DNA of 64,000 bases from Ilumatobacter sp. (GCA_020439405.1 JAGQSS010000001.1:31189-95188), one strand, 5' to 3'; shown: positions 19,789 to 30,083, counted from the stretch's first letter. Notes: generated by a model not told the origin, from the letters alone. Program-made: numbers and translations.

Positions 19789-20730
19789 TCGTCGGGGCGG
19801 CCGGACGACTGCGGCGAACACGTCGCGGTAGGCCGGGAGCAGCCGAATGGTGTGCGGCAACGATCGCCACGCAGCGCCCCGAACGAACCGTCGCGCCTCG
19901 ACGAGGTCGCCGGCCTCGACGGCCGCACGGGCGTGTCCGAGCGCTCCGTCTGCCGATCGCCCGCGATGCGGCCAGGTACTCATGACGCGTTGCCACCTCG
20001 ACGGTCGGCTGCGGGCCTCCAGGCGACGCCCACGGCGCTCGACCGTGCGGCATGCGTGCTGAACGGCGAGCCACTGGGCGTACGTGGGGCGAGCCCGAGC
20101 GTGCTGCCGGATGTACCCGACCACGATCTCGACGCCGGCGACATCGCACTGAGCGGACATCCGCATCTGCAGATCCCAATCCTCGCTCTGCGTCACCGTC
20201 TCGTCGAAGCCCCCGGCCTCCAACACAGCGGCTCGTCGGCTGAGGCAGGCGTTCCAGGACACGATCGTGCGGAGCGAGAATGCATACGCCTCTCCGCTCG
20301 GGAACGGACCGGCGGGCACCGGGACGAAGACCGGCCGGAGCTGATCGTCCGTCATCATGAGCTGACCGAACGCGACCGCCAAACCCGGATTCGTCCGATG
20401 CACCTCGACCAGTGTCTCGACGAAGCGATCGTCGTACATGTCGTCGTCGTCGAGAAAGGCGACCAGGTCGGCGTCGGTCGTCCGGAGACCGACATTCCGC
20501 GCCCGAGAGACACCAGCCGGTGACGATCGTTCGAAGCGAGCACCGTGGAGAGCTGCGACAGCTCGCGCTTCGTCCGCCAGCCCGTCGGTCGAACTGTTGT
20601 CGACCACGACGACCTCGCCGTCGAGTCCGGATCTGGCGAGCGTGCGCACTGCGCTCGCGACCGCGTCGTCGAGGAAGCCTGGCCGATCCCGCGTCGGGAT
20701 GATGAGTGCGATGGTCGGTGTACCCGTCAT
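19777..20730 (-). CDS. GT2 family glycosyltransferase
   Basis: IIPTRDR, VVDNSS, FLDDDD and GGFDE..SEDWDL. Confidence 0.92.
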   Translation of the reverse strand: MTGTPTIALIIPTRDRPGFLDDAVASAVRTLARSGLDGEVVVVDNSSTDGLADEARAVAALHGARFERSSPAGVSRARNVGLRTTDADLVAFLDDDDMYDDRFVETLVEVHRTNPGLAVAFGQLMMTDDQLRPVFVPVPAGPFPSGEAYAFSLRTIVSWNACLSRRAAVLEAGGFDETVTQSEDWDLQMRMSAQCDVAGVEIVVGYIRQHARARPTYAQWLAVQHACRTVERRGRRLEARSRPSRWQRVMSTWPHRGRSADGALGHARAAVEAGDLVEARRFVRGAAWRSLPHTIRLLPAYRDVFAAVVRPPRRSAA

Positions 20731-20731
20731 G

Positions 20732-21841
20732 TCAGTGGGCACCGCCGGTCGCCAGCGACTTCAGACGATCGAGGGTCACCACCGCGTTCTTCTCGAGGTC
20801 GAACCGTTGCTCTGCGACGGCGCGGGCGCGACGCCCCATCGCCTCACCGCGGTCGCCGAGCCCGACAATGGTCTCGATGGCCCGACCCAGCTCCCGAACG
20901 TTGCCCGCCGGCACGATGTAACCGGTTTCGCCTGGATCGATGATGTCGGCGGTTCCGCCGACGTCGGACGCGACGACCGGGATGCCACTCGCCATCGCCT
21001 CGATCGTCGCAATGCCGAAGCACTCACCCTTGCTCGGCAGGACGAACACGTCGGCGGTCCGGTGGAGCGCCGTGAGTTCGGGCGAGTTCGGCCCGACGCC
21101 GAGGTGGACATGCACGCCGTCGTGCGCCGTGATCGGCTCGCGGGTGACGATGTCGAGTTCGATCGTCCCCGGTTCGACGGAGCGATGCCAGTCGAGCAGG
21201 TCGACACCTCCCTTGCGCTCGAAGTCGCCGCCGACGAACAACACTCGGGCGGGACGTTCGTCGGAACGTGGTGCGTGCCGCTCCGGGTTCCAGAACTCGA
21301 GGTCGACGCCGGGAGGGTTGAGCACGACCTGGTCGGCATCGATGTCGTAGTCGGTCACGACCGAGTCGCGAGCCCAGTTGGACCACGCCTGGTTCAGCGA
21401 CACTCGTTCGAACAGCCGCTTCATTCTGCGGTGCTTCACGGCAGCGACGGGACGCGAGTCCGGGTGTGGGGCATAGCCGCCCATCCGGTCGAGTTGGACC
21501 GGTGTCGAGTCGAAGTCGAACATCGTCGGGATCCGGGCGACAGGGCCTGGGTCGACGTATCCGATCGACGTATTGGTGAACATGACGTCGAAGGGTCGGC
21601 GACGGTAGGCGCGACGCTGCTCGACGAGCCCGCGTGCGACGCCGAACGGATGTGTCGACAGGAAGGGCGTGAAGCGCTCCCGTGTCCGCTCGATCCGTCC
21701 GCCCTCGACGTAGTAGTGGATCTCACACCACACGGGCTCGATGTCGCCGTCGCGATCGGCGATGCGACGCAGATTTCTGTATCCGGTCACGTGGCCGGCC
21801 ACCTGATCCATGATGAATCCGATGCGGATGGGGGGAGTCAC
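20732..21841 (-). CDS. GT4 family glycosyltransferase
   Basis: LFVGGDFERKG and ECFGIATIEAMASG (Ex7E); GTGA overlap. Confidence 0.92.
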   Translation of the reverse strand: MTPPIRIGFIMDQVAGHVTGYRNLRRIADRDGDIEPVWCEIHYYVEGGRIERTRERFTPFLSTHPFGVARGLVEQRRAYRRRPFDVMFTNTSIGYVDPGPVARIPTMFDFDSTPVQLDRMGGYAPHPDSRPVAAVKHRRMKRLFERVSLNQAWSNWARDSVVTDYDIDADQVVLNPPGVDLEFWNPERHAPRSDERPARVLFVGGDFERKGGVDLLDWHRSVEPGTIELDIVTREPITAHDGVHVHLGVGPNSPELTALHRTADVFVLPSKGECFGIATIEAMASGIPVVASDVGGTADIIDPGETGYIVPAGNVRELGRAIETIVGLGDRGEAMGRRARAVAEQRFDLEKNAVVTLDRLKSLATGGAH

Positions 21842-22983
21842 CGCTGTACCTCGTCGTAGATGTCCATCAGCTGTCGGGCTACTCGATCGGCAGAGTAGTG
21901 CGCGCGTACGCGGTCGCCGGCGGCCCGTTCGATCGAGGCGCGAAGGGCATCGTCGTCGAGTAGCCGGCCGGCGAACTCGGCGATCGACGTCGGGTCGTTC
22001 GGACGAGCGCAGAAGCCGCTGTCGCCGTGCTGCACCGCCTCGAGGTCGCCGCCGAAGGTGATGATGCAAGCCCGCTGCATCGCCATTGCCTCGAGCAGTC
22101 CGATCGACGCGGACCCGAACGGAACCGGGAGCACGAACACGTCCATGAGGCGTATGTGAAGCGACGGATCGGTCTGGAATCCGACGAACCTCACCGCTCC
22201 GTCGAGCCCCGCGGTGCTCGCGCGATGCTCGAGGTCGGCTCGGAGCGAGCCATCGCCGACGACGAGCAGCACGGCGTCCGGGTGGTCGGGCCGGAGCAGG
22301 GCGAACGCGTCGACGAGATCGTCGACGCCCTTGTCGGGTTCGAGCCGGATCGCCGTACCGACGACCGGCGCCCCAGGCGCGATGCCGAGGTCGGATCGAA
22401 GCGCGTCGAGTTCGTCGGGTTCGGGCTGTGGTTCGAACTTGTCCACGTCGATGCCGTTGTCGACCACGACGGTCGTGCACGGCGCGACGCCGAGGTAACG
22501 CTCGCGTGATTGCCGGTTGTTCTCCGAGACGCACACCAACGTCCGGATCAGCCGGGTGGTCAGACCTCGGATGCGGCGGGACTTCGCCGAGACCGGCGCC
22601 TCAGGAGCGAGGTGCTCGGTCATGACGATGCCGCGGACACCCGCCGATCGCAGTGCGAGGATGGCGACGGAGAAGCCGCGATAGGTCGTGCTGTGGAGGT
22701 GGACGGCATCGAAGCGTTCGCGGCGTGCGAGTCCCCACAGTCCGAATGCGTCCCGGAGCTGTCGGACCAAGCCGTAGCGGCGGTCGGGAGCGAGGAGGGT
22801 CACCGAGTCGGATGCCGTCACCATCGACCGGTGGAACTCTTCGGTTGCCGGCCAGTCCGGTACTGCGGTGTGCACCGTGAACCGGCTCCGGTCGATCTCC
22901 TTGGCGAGGAGTCGGACGTGTTCCTCCATGCCCCCCATCGCCACACTGTTGGTCATGAGCAGCAGCTTCTTGTTCGCCGTCAT
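21838..22983 (-). CDS. GT4 family glycosyltransferase
   Basis: GGMEEH, NGID, RLEPDKG and LLEAMA. Confidence 0.9.
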   Translation of the reverse strand: MTANKKLLLMTNSVAMGGMEEHVRLLAKEIDRSRFTVHTAVPDWPATEEFHRSMVTASDSVTLLAPDRRYGLVRQLRDAFGLWGLARRERFDAVHLHSTTYRGFSVAILALRSAGVRGIVMTEHLAPEAPVSAKSRRIRGLTTRLIRTLVCVSENNRQSRERYLGVAPCTTVVVDNGIDVDKFEPQPEPDELDALRSDLGIAPGAPVVGTAIRLEPDKGVDDLVDAFALLRPDHPDAVLLVVGDGSLRADLEHRASTAGLDGAVRFVGFQTDPSLHIRLMDVFVLPVPFGSASIGLLEAMAMQRACIITFGGDLEAVQHGDSGFCARPNDPTSIAEFAGRLLDDDALRASIERAAGDRVRAHYSADRVARQLMDIYDEVQR

Positions 22984-23100
22984 CGGTCCCGCCCTTCCTG
23001 CTCCTTTGGAACGTCGAACGTCCGCCCCGGAGTCCGAACCGACGATATCGTCCCGTCGGTGACCGGAAAACGGGATTCCCCAGCACCAGGGGGCCCCCCG

Positions 23101-24585
23101 GTGCCGTCACCGGCCGACGAGGTGGGTGTCGAGACGGATCGGCGAACGGTCGTCCAGAACGTCGCCGATCTCATGTCGTCACAAGCGATCACCTGGATCC
23201 TCGCGACCGTCCTGACCATCGTCCAGCCGCGGTTCCTCGGCCCGGAAGGTCAGGGCCAGCTCCGCCTCGCCTATTCGGTCTGGATGATCGTCGACGTGCT
23301 CGTCGCGCTGGGCACGTCGACATCGCTGACGCTCGCCATCGCGAAGGACCGTGAGCGAGGCCTCGCGATGATCCGCCCCGTTCTGACCATTCGCGCATGC
23401 GGCTACGTCGCTTCATGGGTCGCGGTCGTCGGCTATCTCCTGGCGTCGGGCGCAGGGTCGACCCAGACCTCGGTCATCGTCCTGATCGGTGTCGTCTCGA
23501 TGTTCGGCAGCGTCGCTGGGACCGCTCGATCGGCGTTGCTCGGTCTCGAATACATGCGCTACCCCGCCATGGCCGACGTCGTGACCAAGATCGTCGCAGT
23601 GGTGTCGGTCGTGACCGTGCTGGTTCTGGGAGGCGGTGTCGTCCTCGTCGCGGCGGTCGGCGTGGCGACGTCGGCGCTCAATGCGGTTCTGATGGTGAGG
23701 TTCCTCCGGCGTTTCCCACGACCCAACTGGCACCAGACGATGCGATTCGTCCTCACCGTGTCAGCCGGGCTCATGGTGGCGGACGCAGCATTGATCCTGT
23801 ATCAGCAGGTCGACACGGTCGTGATGTCGTTGCTCGTCGGCGACGAAGCGCTCGGCTGGTATGCGACGGCCGATCAGCTCTTCGGGTCATTGCTGTTCGT
23901 GCCGACGATCCTCGTGACGACGCTGTTCCCCGTCTTCGGTCGGTTGCACGAACAGGATCCTGCCCGACTCCGTCATGTGATCAGCCGCGCCATGGCGTCG
24001 GTTCTGCTGCTCACGGTGCCGATCGGTCTCGGAGCGGTGGCGATCGGACGGCCGCTCGCCCGCTTCCTCTTCGGCGACGAGTTCGATGGTGCGGGTCAGG
24101 TGCTGATGGTGCTCGGCGTCGTGCTCATCATCACGTCGGAGACGATCCTGATCGGCCGGTATGCGATCGCCACGCGTCACCAACGACTCTGGAACGTGGT
24201 GATGGTCGCAGCCGTCCTGTTGACCATCCCGCTCGACATCGTGCTCGTGCCGTGGACCGACGGCCGCTACAGCAACGGCGCCATCGGCGGAGCCCTCGCC
24301 TACGTCGTCACCGAGACCCTGATGCTCACGGTCGGTCTCGTGTGCTTCGGCCGGCAGGTGGTCACGCGAGCGACGGTCGGCCGGATGGCTCGGACGTTCG
24401 CCGCCGGGTTCGTCATGCTCGGTGTCATCTGGCCGCTACGCGATCGACCCCTCGTCGTTCCGTTGGTCGTCGGCGGACTCGTGTACGCGGGTGCGATCGT
24501 CGTCCTGCGAGCCCTCGGCCCCGAGGAGCGACGCGCGATCGATGGCGCGACGCGTTTGATCCGGGGGCGCCTCGGCCGTCGATAG
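23101..24585 (+). CDS. Wzx-like oligosaccharide flippase, second copy
   Basis: Multi-TM protein sharing LGWYA.AD and IPLD..VPWTD.RY.NGAIGGAL.Y.VTE with 14016-15509. Start is approximate. Confidence 0.88.
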   Translation: MPSPADEVGVETDRRTVVQNVADLMSSQAITWILATVLTIVQPRFLGPEGQGQLRLAYSVWMIVDVLVALGTSTSLTLAIAKDRERGLAMIRPVLTIRACGYVASWVAVVGYLLASGAGSTQTSVIVLIGVVSMFGSVAGTARSALLGLEYMRYPAMADVVTKIVAVVSVVTVLVLGGGVVLVAAVGVATSALNAVLMVRFLRRFPRPNWHQTMRFVLTVSAGLMVADAALILYQQVDTVVMSLLVGDEALGWYATADQLFGSLLFVPTILVTTLFPVFGRLHEQDPARLRHVISRAMASVLLLTVPIGLGAVAIGRPLARFLFGDEFDGAGQVLMVLGVVLIITSETILIGRYAIATRHQRLWNVVMVAAVLLTIPLDIVLVPWTDGRYSNGAIGGALAYVVTETLMLTVGLVCFGRQVVTRATVGRMARTFAAGFVMLGVIWPLRDRPLVVPLVVGGLVYAGAIVVLRALGPEERRAIDGATRLIRGRLGRR

Positions 24586-24631
24586 CGACGCCCGTTATCA
24601 CGGGAGATGCAGCGCACGGTACCCTCTCGAC

Positions 24632-25858
24632 ATGGCGACGGTGGCGGGCGGTGCCTCCCGCCCGAGTGCACAGGCGAGCGGACGGATCGACTCGCTGACG
24701 GGTCTGCGTTTCGTCGCTGCGCTGTCGGTGCTCGTCGAGCACTTTCCCGAGCTCGTTCCAGGAGTCTCGCCCGAACGGTTGGCCCAGGGCGGTGGCGGCG
24801 TCTCGCTGTTCTTCGTGCTGAGCGGATTCCTCCTCACCGTCCGGTACCGGGCGTCGCTGGGCGACCGGCCGGGCAGGGCGAGGTATCGATTCGGACGCGT
24901 GACCCGGATCGCGCCGCTCCATGTAGCAGCACTGGCGATCGTCGTGCCCATCGTCGTGATCCAGAGCGATCCGTTCACGACCTACGGTGCGGGACGGGCC
25001 ACCGTGTCGGTGCTCGCCAATCTCGGTCTCGTCCATGCCTGGGTCCCGGCCCAGGTGATGTACATCTGGAACGGGCCGGCGTGGAGCATCTCGGTCGAGA
25101 TGTTCTTCTACGCGATGCTCCCGGTGCTCCTCGTCGCCATCTCGGGCCGACACACCACGCGAGCCCCTGCCCGCCTGATCGCAGCGCTCCTCGCGGCCCA
25201 GACGTTCGTCTGGCTCATCGGGTCGTGGCTCGTCGGCCGGTTCCTGCTCAGCCGATCCGACGACATCGTCGGTACCCGGTTGATCGTTTCACGCCTCGCC
25301 AACATCCCGGCGTTGCGCGTCGGGGAGTTCGCGGCGGGTTGTCTCGTCGGCGTCGTATTCGCGTCGCGCGCCGCCGGCGCCCGTCCCTGGCCGCGTCTCG
25401 AATCGCCTCGATTTCGTCTCGGACTCCTCCTGGCCGCGATCGCTGCCGTCGTGGCGATCCAGTTCACCCCGTCCTGCCCGGCGACAGCGTGTTATCCCGA
25501 CGCTCAGAACGCCGCCGCGCTGATCGATCTCCGCTTGTTCGCCGTGTATGCGCCGATCGCCGTCGTCGTCATCGCAGCGTTGGCCTGGGGGCCCACCCCG
25601 ATCGGGCGGCTCCTCGAGCGGCCGACGATGGTGCGCCTCGGCGAGGCGAGCTACGCGCTGTACATCTTCCAGTGGATTCCGTGGCTACTGCTCTACGACG
25701 GCGGCCGGACGGAGCGTGGGTTCTGGCCGGTGTTTCTCACGGTCGTCGCGACGGTCATCGCGTCGGTCGCGATCCACCGCTGGTTCGAGGTGCCGGTCGA
25801 TCGCACACTGAGGCGTCGCCGCGAGTCACGACAGGCGGTCAGCCGAACAGACGCTTGA
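24632..25858 (+). CDS. Acyltransferase family 3 (OafA/YrhL-like) membrane O-acyltransferase
   Basis: SLTGLRF..V..H, FFVLSGF, R..RI.P, WSISVE.FFY, LGEASYALY and FE.P. Confidence 0.92.
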   Translation: MATVAGGASRPSAQASGRIDSLTGLRFVAALSVLVEHFPELVPGVSPERLAQGGGGVSLFFVLSGFLLTVRYRASLGDRPGRARYRFGRVTRIAPLHVAALAIVVPIVVIQSDPFTTYGAGRATVSVLANLGLVHAWVPAQVMYIWNGPAWSISVEMFFYAMLPVLLVAISGRHTTRAPARLIAALLAAQTFVWLIGSWLVGRFLLSRSDDIVGTRLIVSRLANIPALRVGEFAAGCLVGVVFASRAAGARPWPRLESPRFRLGLLLAAIAAVVAIQFTPSCPATACYPDAQNAAALIDLRLFAVYAPIAVVVIAALAWGPTPIGRLLERPTMVRLGEASYALYIFQWIPWLLLYDGGRTERGFWPVFLTVVATVIASVAIHRWFEVPVDRTLRRRRESRQAVSRTDA

Positions 25859-26879
25859 GCGCATCAGCGTCGCCGACCTCGTCGGCGACGCCACGGTGGT
25901 ACTCGATGGCGTACACCGCGCTGAGCAGGACTCGTGGTACGCGTGTCCCGCCGAGCCGCGCCGCCGCCTTGGCAACAGCACCCGCTGATGTCGCCGTCGC
26001 CCTGGCGAGCGTCGGCCGGGTGGCCGTCGCCCTGATGAGCCAGCGGAGCGGTGTGCGGTGTTCGTCGAGCTTCTCGCCGATGAACGAAAAGATCCAGTCC
26101 TCCCCGCGATCGCGGGCGAACACGACGTCGTTGCGACCGTAGGTGTACGCGGCCGTTCGCCAGGAGTCGTAGCTCCGTTCGGCGTAGTGGAATCCGACGG
26201 CCTCGGGTAGGTAGCGAAAGCGGAGGCCGGCGTGCTCGAGCCGGTAGGCGAGTTCGACGTCTTCGGCGCGGCGGAAGTTCTCGTCGAATCCGCCGACCGC
26301 GTCGAGGTGGCAGCGTCGGATGGCCGCATTGCCGGTGTAGAACTGGCGGGCGGTCGCCTCGTAGACACCTTTCCGCATCGCCTCGTACTGCTTGCGGAGC
26401 ATGAGCTGTTCCCAGCGGACCCAGGCCGACATGTCGTGGTCGTCCGGGTCGAGCATCGGACCGATCGTGACGAGGGAGTCGTCGATGGCGTGTTCGTCGA
26501 CGTGGCGCCGGACGAGATCGGGTGCCGCCACGACATCGTCGTCCAGGAACACGATCAGATCACCGTGCGACTCGGCGACGCCGCGATTCCGTGCGGCGGC
26601 CGGTCCGGCGTTCGCCTGGCTGACTCGTCGAACGGGCAGGGGTACGTCGGTCGACGCGAGATACTCGTCGGTCCCGTCGGTCGAGCCGTCGGAGACGACG
26701 ACGACCTCGAAGGGCACGCCGGCGTCTTGGGCGGCCAGCGATCGCAGCACGCGTTCGAGCCGTTGCCGCCGGTTGTACGTCGGCACGACGACGCTGACCG
26801 AGAGCGAGCAGCCGAGGGATTCTGCCGACGGGGCGTCGCCCGTCGTCGGTGCTGGTGTCACGGCGAGTGCGGACTCCAC
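25839..26879 (-). CDS. GT2 family glycosyltransferase
   Basis: SVVVPTYNR, DGSTD, FLDDD and GGFDENF..ED. Confidence 0.92.
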   Translation of the reverse strand: MESALAVTPAPTTGDAPSAESLGCSLSVSVVVPTYNRRQRLERVLRSLAAQDAGVPFEVVVVSDGSTDGTDEYLASTDVPLPVRRVSQANAGPAAARNRGVAESHGDLIVFLDDDVVAAPDLVRRHVDEHAIDDSLVTIGPMLDPDDHDMSAWVRWEQLMLRKQYEAMRKGVYEATARQFYTGNAAIRRCHLDAVGGFDENFRRAEDVELAYRLEHAGLRFRYLPEAVGFHYAERSYDSWRTAAYTYGRNDVVFARDRGEDWIFSFIGEKLDEHRTPLRWLIRATATRPTLARATATSAGAVAKAAARLGGTRVPRVLLSAVYAIEYHRGVADEVGDADALKRLFG

Positions 26880-28279
26880 ACGGTGACATCACGGACCCTC
26901 CATCGGTCGGCCCACCAGTCGTCGCCGCGGAACTCCACGGTGGTCGTGCCTTCGGGGATCGGATGCCAATAGCTGGCGAAGTGCTCTTCCTTGGTCTCGC
27001 GTACGGTCGCCTGCAGTTGGGCCGGCTGCCAGTCACCACCGTCGAACCGGACCTCGAGATCGAGCCCGATCCCGGCGAAGCGGAGGTGGGCATCGGCAGG
27101 TGCCGGGGCATCGAGTGTCATCGTCGGTGCATCCGACGTCGCTTGCCGAGCCGACGAGTGGACCACCGTGAAGGGCACCGTCGGTGACATCTGCACATTG
27201 TCCCAGTGCCACGTGTTCGGCAGGCACTCGGCGACCGCCGGACGGGGATTGTTGGTCGTGTTGCAGTCCTTCGACGGATTGTACGAATGGTGTCCGAACT
27301 GGACGACGCCCGATGTCCACTCGATCTCGGGGATGTCGGAATCGATCCACCAGAAGTCGTAGTCGGGCATGCCGACCTTGAGGTGGGTCGGGGACAGGCG
27401 GATCTCGACTGTGTCGCGCCGTCGTGCGTCGGGTTCGAGGAACGTCTCCCAGCCGGTGAACACGTCACCGGTCACCACGTCCTCCGGCCAGTTCGGGAAC
27501 AGGACCGGTTCGAACTCGTCACGGATCGTCGCCTTGACCTGGTTCTCGGTGCCCAGCATGACCTGGACCGAACGTCGCGGGGGTCCGGTCGCGTCGACCT
27601 CCGACCCGAGGTCGAGCGGGAGTTGCAGGTTGTCGTCGTACGGTGTGATCCAGACGTCCCACCAGTCGCGGACCGAATCGCGGTGCGTCGAGACGTCGAA
27701 TCGGATCACCGCCTCGTCGGAGAAGTCGATCATCTGATCGGGCGTGAGGTAGATCATGGCGTAGTCGGGGCCGTTGATCGCCGTCATGAGGTGGTCCTTG
27801 CACTGGTACACCGCCGTGGCGTACTCGGTGCTGAGATGTGTCGCATCGGGCGGAGAGCAGTCGGGGCCGTGCGCCGCCTGCATCGGGTCGAGCACATCGA
27901 GCGACTCGACGTCGCGCGAGTGGATCGTGATGTCCCAGTCGGCGCTGGCCCACGGCGTCGGAACGGCCGGGCTGCCGGTGAACGTCTCGACGAACGTCCC
28001 GGCGTCGCCCGTGGCCGTCGGCGTCGTTGCAGGAGGGTCGCTCCACACGGTGACCGGCGCCCCGTCGTCGGCCGTCGGGTCGACGTCGGACGACTGCTCG
28101 GTGGCGGCGTCGTCTGCATCGGCGGTCGAATCATCCGTCGGCTCGTCGACCTCGTCGACGGCCTCGTCGGTGGATCCGGCGACACCGACGCCGATCAGGA
28201 CACCGCTGCCGAGCAGCGTGAGCGCGGCGATGGCGCCCACGATCCAGGTCTTCGCGTGCTGTCCGCCGACGCTCGCCAT
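26858..28279 (-). CDS. Hypothetical exported or membrane-anchored protein (acidic linker plus Trp/Asp/His-rich beta-type domain)
   Basis: N-terminal TM helix, D/T-rich linker and globular C-terminal domain. TACCGT -10 box lies 7 nt before the ATG. Confidence 0.8.
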   Translation of the reverse strand: MASVGGQHAKTWIVGAIAALTLLGSGVLIGVGVAGSTDEAVDEVDEPTDDSTADADDAATEQSSDVDPTADDGAPVTVWSDPPATTPTATGDAGTFVETFTGSPAVPTPWASADWDITIHSRDVESLDVLDPMQAAHGPDCSPPDATHLSTEYATAVYQCKDHLMTAINGPDYAMIYLTPDQMIDFSDEAVIRFDVSTHRDSVRDWWDVWITPYDDNLQLPLDLGSEVDATGPPRRSVQVMLGTENQVKATIRDEFEPVLFPNWPEDVVTGDVFTGWETFLEPDARRRDTVEIRLSPTHLKVGMPDYDFWWIDSDIPEIEWTSGVVQFGHHSYNPSKDCNTTNNPRPAVAECLPNTWHWDNVQMSPTVPFTVVHSSARQATSDAPTMTLDAPAPADAHLRFAGIGLDLEVRFDGGDWQPAQLQATVRETKEEHFASYWHPIPEGTTTVEFRGDDWWADRWRVRDVTVWSPHSP

Positions 28280-28410
28280 GTATCCCACGGTACCGCCCAC
28301 GTGGCCGCTTGCGCGTTCGTTTCGGCAGGGTGACGGAGCACGGTCGGGCTGCCGTCCACGGTGGCACCCGCCGAGCCGGCGTGCGCTCGAGACACGGCGA
28401 GGCAAAAGGA

Positions 28411-28947
28411 TCAGAGGTGGCGGACGACCTTCGCCGGCACGCCGACGACGACCGTTCGAGGAGCGACGTCACGGGTGACGACACTGCCGATACCGACCAC
28501 CGAGTCGTGGCCGATCGTCACGCCCGGTAGGACCACCGATCGAGCGCCGATCCACACGTTGTCCTCGATCACGATCGGCTGTGCGGTCGGCGGGTCGAGC
28601 CGACGGTCGGGGTCGACGTGATGGAAGCCGGTGTCCATGATCATGCAGTGCGGACCGATGAGACAGCGCTCACCGATCGTCACACGATCGAGCGCCACGA
28701 TCGACGTGCCGAAGTTCACGAGCGTTCGGCGCCCGATCGAGAGCGTTCCGCCGGCCTCCGCGACGAGTTCGAGCCTCGCGGGCGTCGAGACGAGCTGGAC
28801 GCGGTCGCCGACGGCGAACGTGCCGCGAGCGATCACCCGTGGTCGGCCGCGCAGTCTCGTCCGAGGTCCCACCGAGGTCGCTCGTCGCAGATACCAACGA
28901 GCTCGTACGACCGCAGTGGCATCGCCGACCATCGACCGCAGGGTCAT
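28411..28947 (-). CDS. Hexapeptide-repeat acyltransferase
   Basis: IGERCLIG, DTGFH, IEDNVWIGARSVVLPGV and GVPAK. Confidence 0.9.
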   Translation of the reverse strand: MTLRSMVGDATAVVRARWYLRRATSVGPRTRLRGRPRVIARGTFAVGDRVQLVSTPARLELVAEAGGTLSIGRRTLVNFGTSIVALDRVTIGERCLIGPHCMIMDTGFHHVDPDRRLDPPTAQPIVIEDNVWIGARSVVLPGVTIGHDSVVGIGSVVTRDVAPRTVVVGVPAKVVRHL

Positions 28948-28982
28948 CGAACCGTCGTTGCTTTCATCGGTGGGAGACTAGG

Positions 28983-30083
28983 TCAGGGTTCGAGGTCGGC
29001 GACCGATCGCACAACGTCGACGATCCGCCGGGCATTCGCCGCGGCGTCGTGCTCGCGTGACGCCAACTCGAGCGCGCCGCCGCCGAGCCGACGACGTCGA
29101 TCGCGATCGACGATCAGGCGACGGAGTTCGTCGACCAGCGGATCGACTTCGCCGACCGGAACCAGCGCCCCTGTCTCGCCCGGACGCACGAGTTCGGGGA
29201 TCGCTCCGACGTCGGTGGAGACGAGGGGGAGGCCGGCGGCGGCCGCCTCGGCGAGGACCATGGGCAGGCAGTCGCCTCGCGTCGGCAGGCAGAAGATGTC
29301 GGCCTCGTGGTAGCGGCGGATGAGATCGGGGTGGTTGGCGGTCAGGCCTCGGTGGATCTCGACGCCGTCGGTCTCGTCGACGTCTCCGTTCGAGACGATG
29401 TCGACGACGACGTCGGGCATGTCGGGATCGTCGCGGAGCCGCCGAACTGCATCGACGAGGAGGTCGCCCCCCTTTCGACGGACGTCGCCGCCGACGAACA
29501 GGATCCGGACCGTCTCGTTGTCGGGGCGGGGGTCGTCGCGTCGCCATCGGGCCAGATCGACCCCTGGCGCGATGGTCGTCACTCGCTCGGCCGGGACGCC
29601 GTAGCCGTCAACGACGTCGGCGTTGGTCCAGTCCGACCACGTGATGATGTGGCGCGCGCGGGCGAGGCTCCGGCGGTTGAGCGCCGTCTTGGCCCGTTCG
29701 ACGGGCGCCGCACCCGTCGCATGGTCGTACACGTGTCCGAGCGCGTCGTACTGGCGTGGCGTGGCGTCGAGGGAGATGACGGTCGGCACGGCACTCAGCC
29801 GGCGCCCCATCAGCACGGCCGGAACTTGCGTGTGGACGAACATCGCGTCGGGTCGGCCCTCCTTCCGCCACAGTTCGTCGACGGCCCGCCGGGCTCGGCG
29901 CCCCGCTCGGACGGTCCAGTTGTCCCACACCGGGATCGACCGACGTCCGCCCACCTCGAACGGCACGGGGACGAATCTCGCCTCGACGTCATCGATCGCG
30001 GGCACCAACGAGCGCAGGTTGGCGGTATGGGTGATGTGCCCGAGCGTCTGCTCGAGCACCAGGTCGCAGCGCAGGGTCGTCAC
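28983..30083 (-). CDS. GT4 family glycosyltransferase
   Basis: LFVGGDVRRKGG and DCLPMVLAEAAAAG; paralogue of 20732-21841. Confidence 0.9.
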   Translation of the reverse strand: MTTLRCDLVLEQTLGHITHTANLRSLVPAIDDVEARFVPVPFEVGGRRSIPVWDNWTVRAGRRARRAVDELWRKEGRPDAMFVHTQVPAVLMGRRLSAVPTVISLDATPRQYDALGHVYDHATGAAPVERAKTALNRRSLARARHIITWSDWTNADVVDGYGVPAERVTTIAPGVDLARWRRDDPRPDNETVRILFVGGDVRRKGGDLLVDAVRRLRDDPDMPDVVVDIVSNGDVDETDGVEIHRGLTANHPDLIRRYHEADIFCLPTRGDCLPMVLAEAAAAGLPLVSTDVGAIPELVRPGETGALVPVGEVDPLVDELRRLIVDRDRRRRLGGGALELASREHDAAANARRIVDVVRSVADLEP

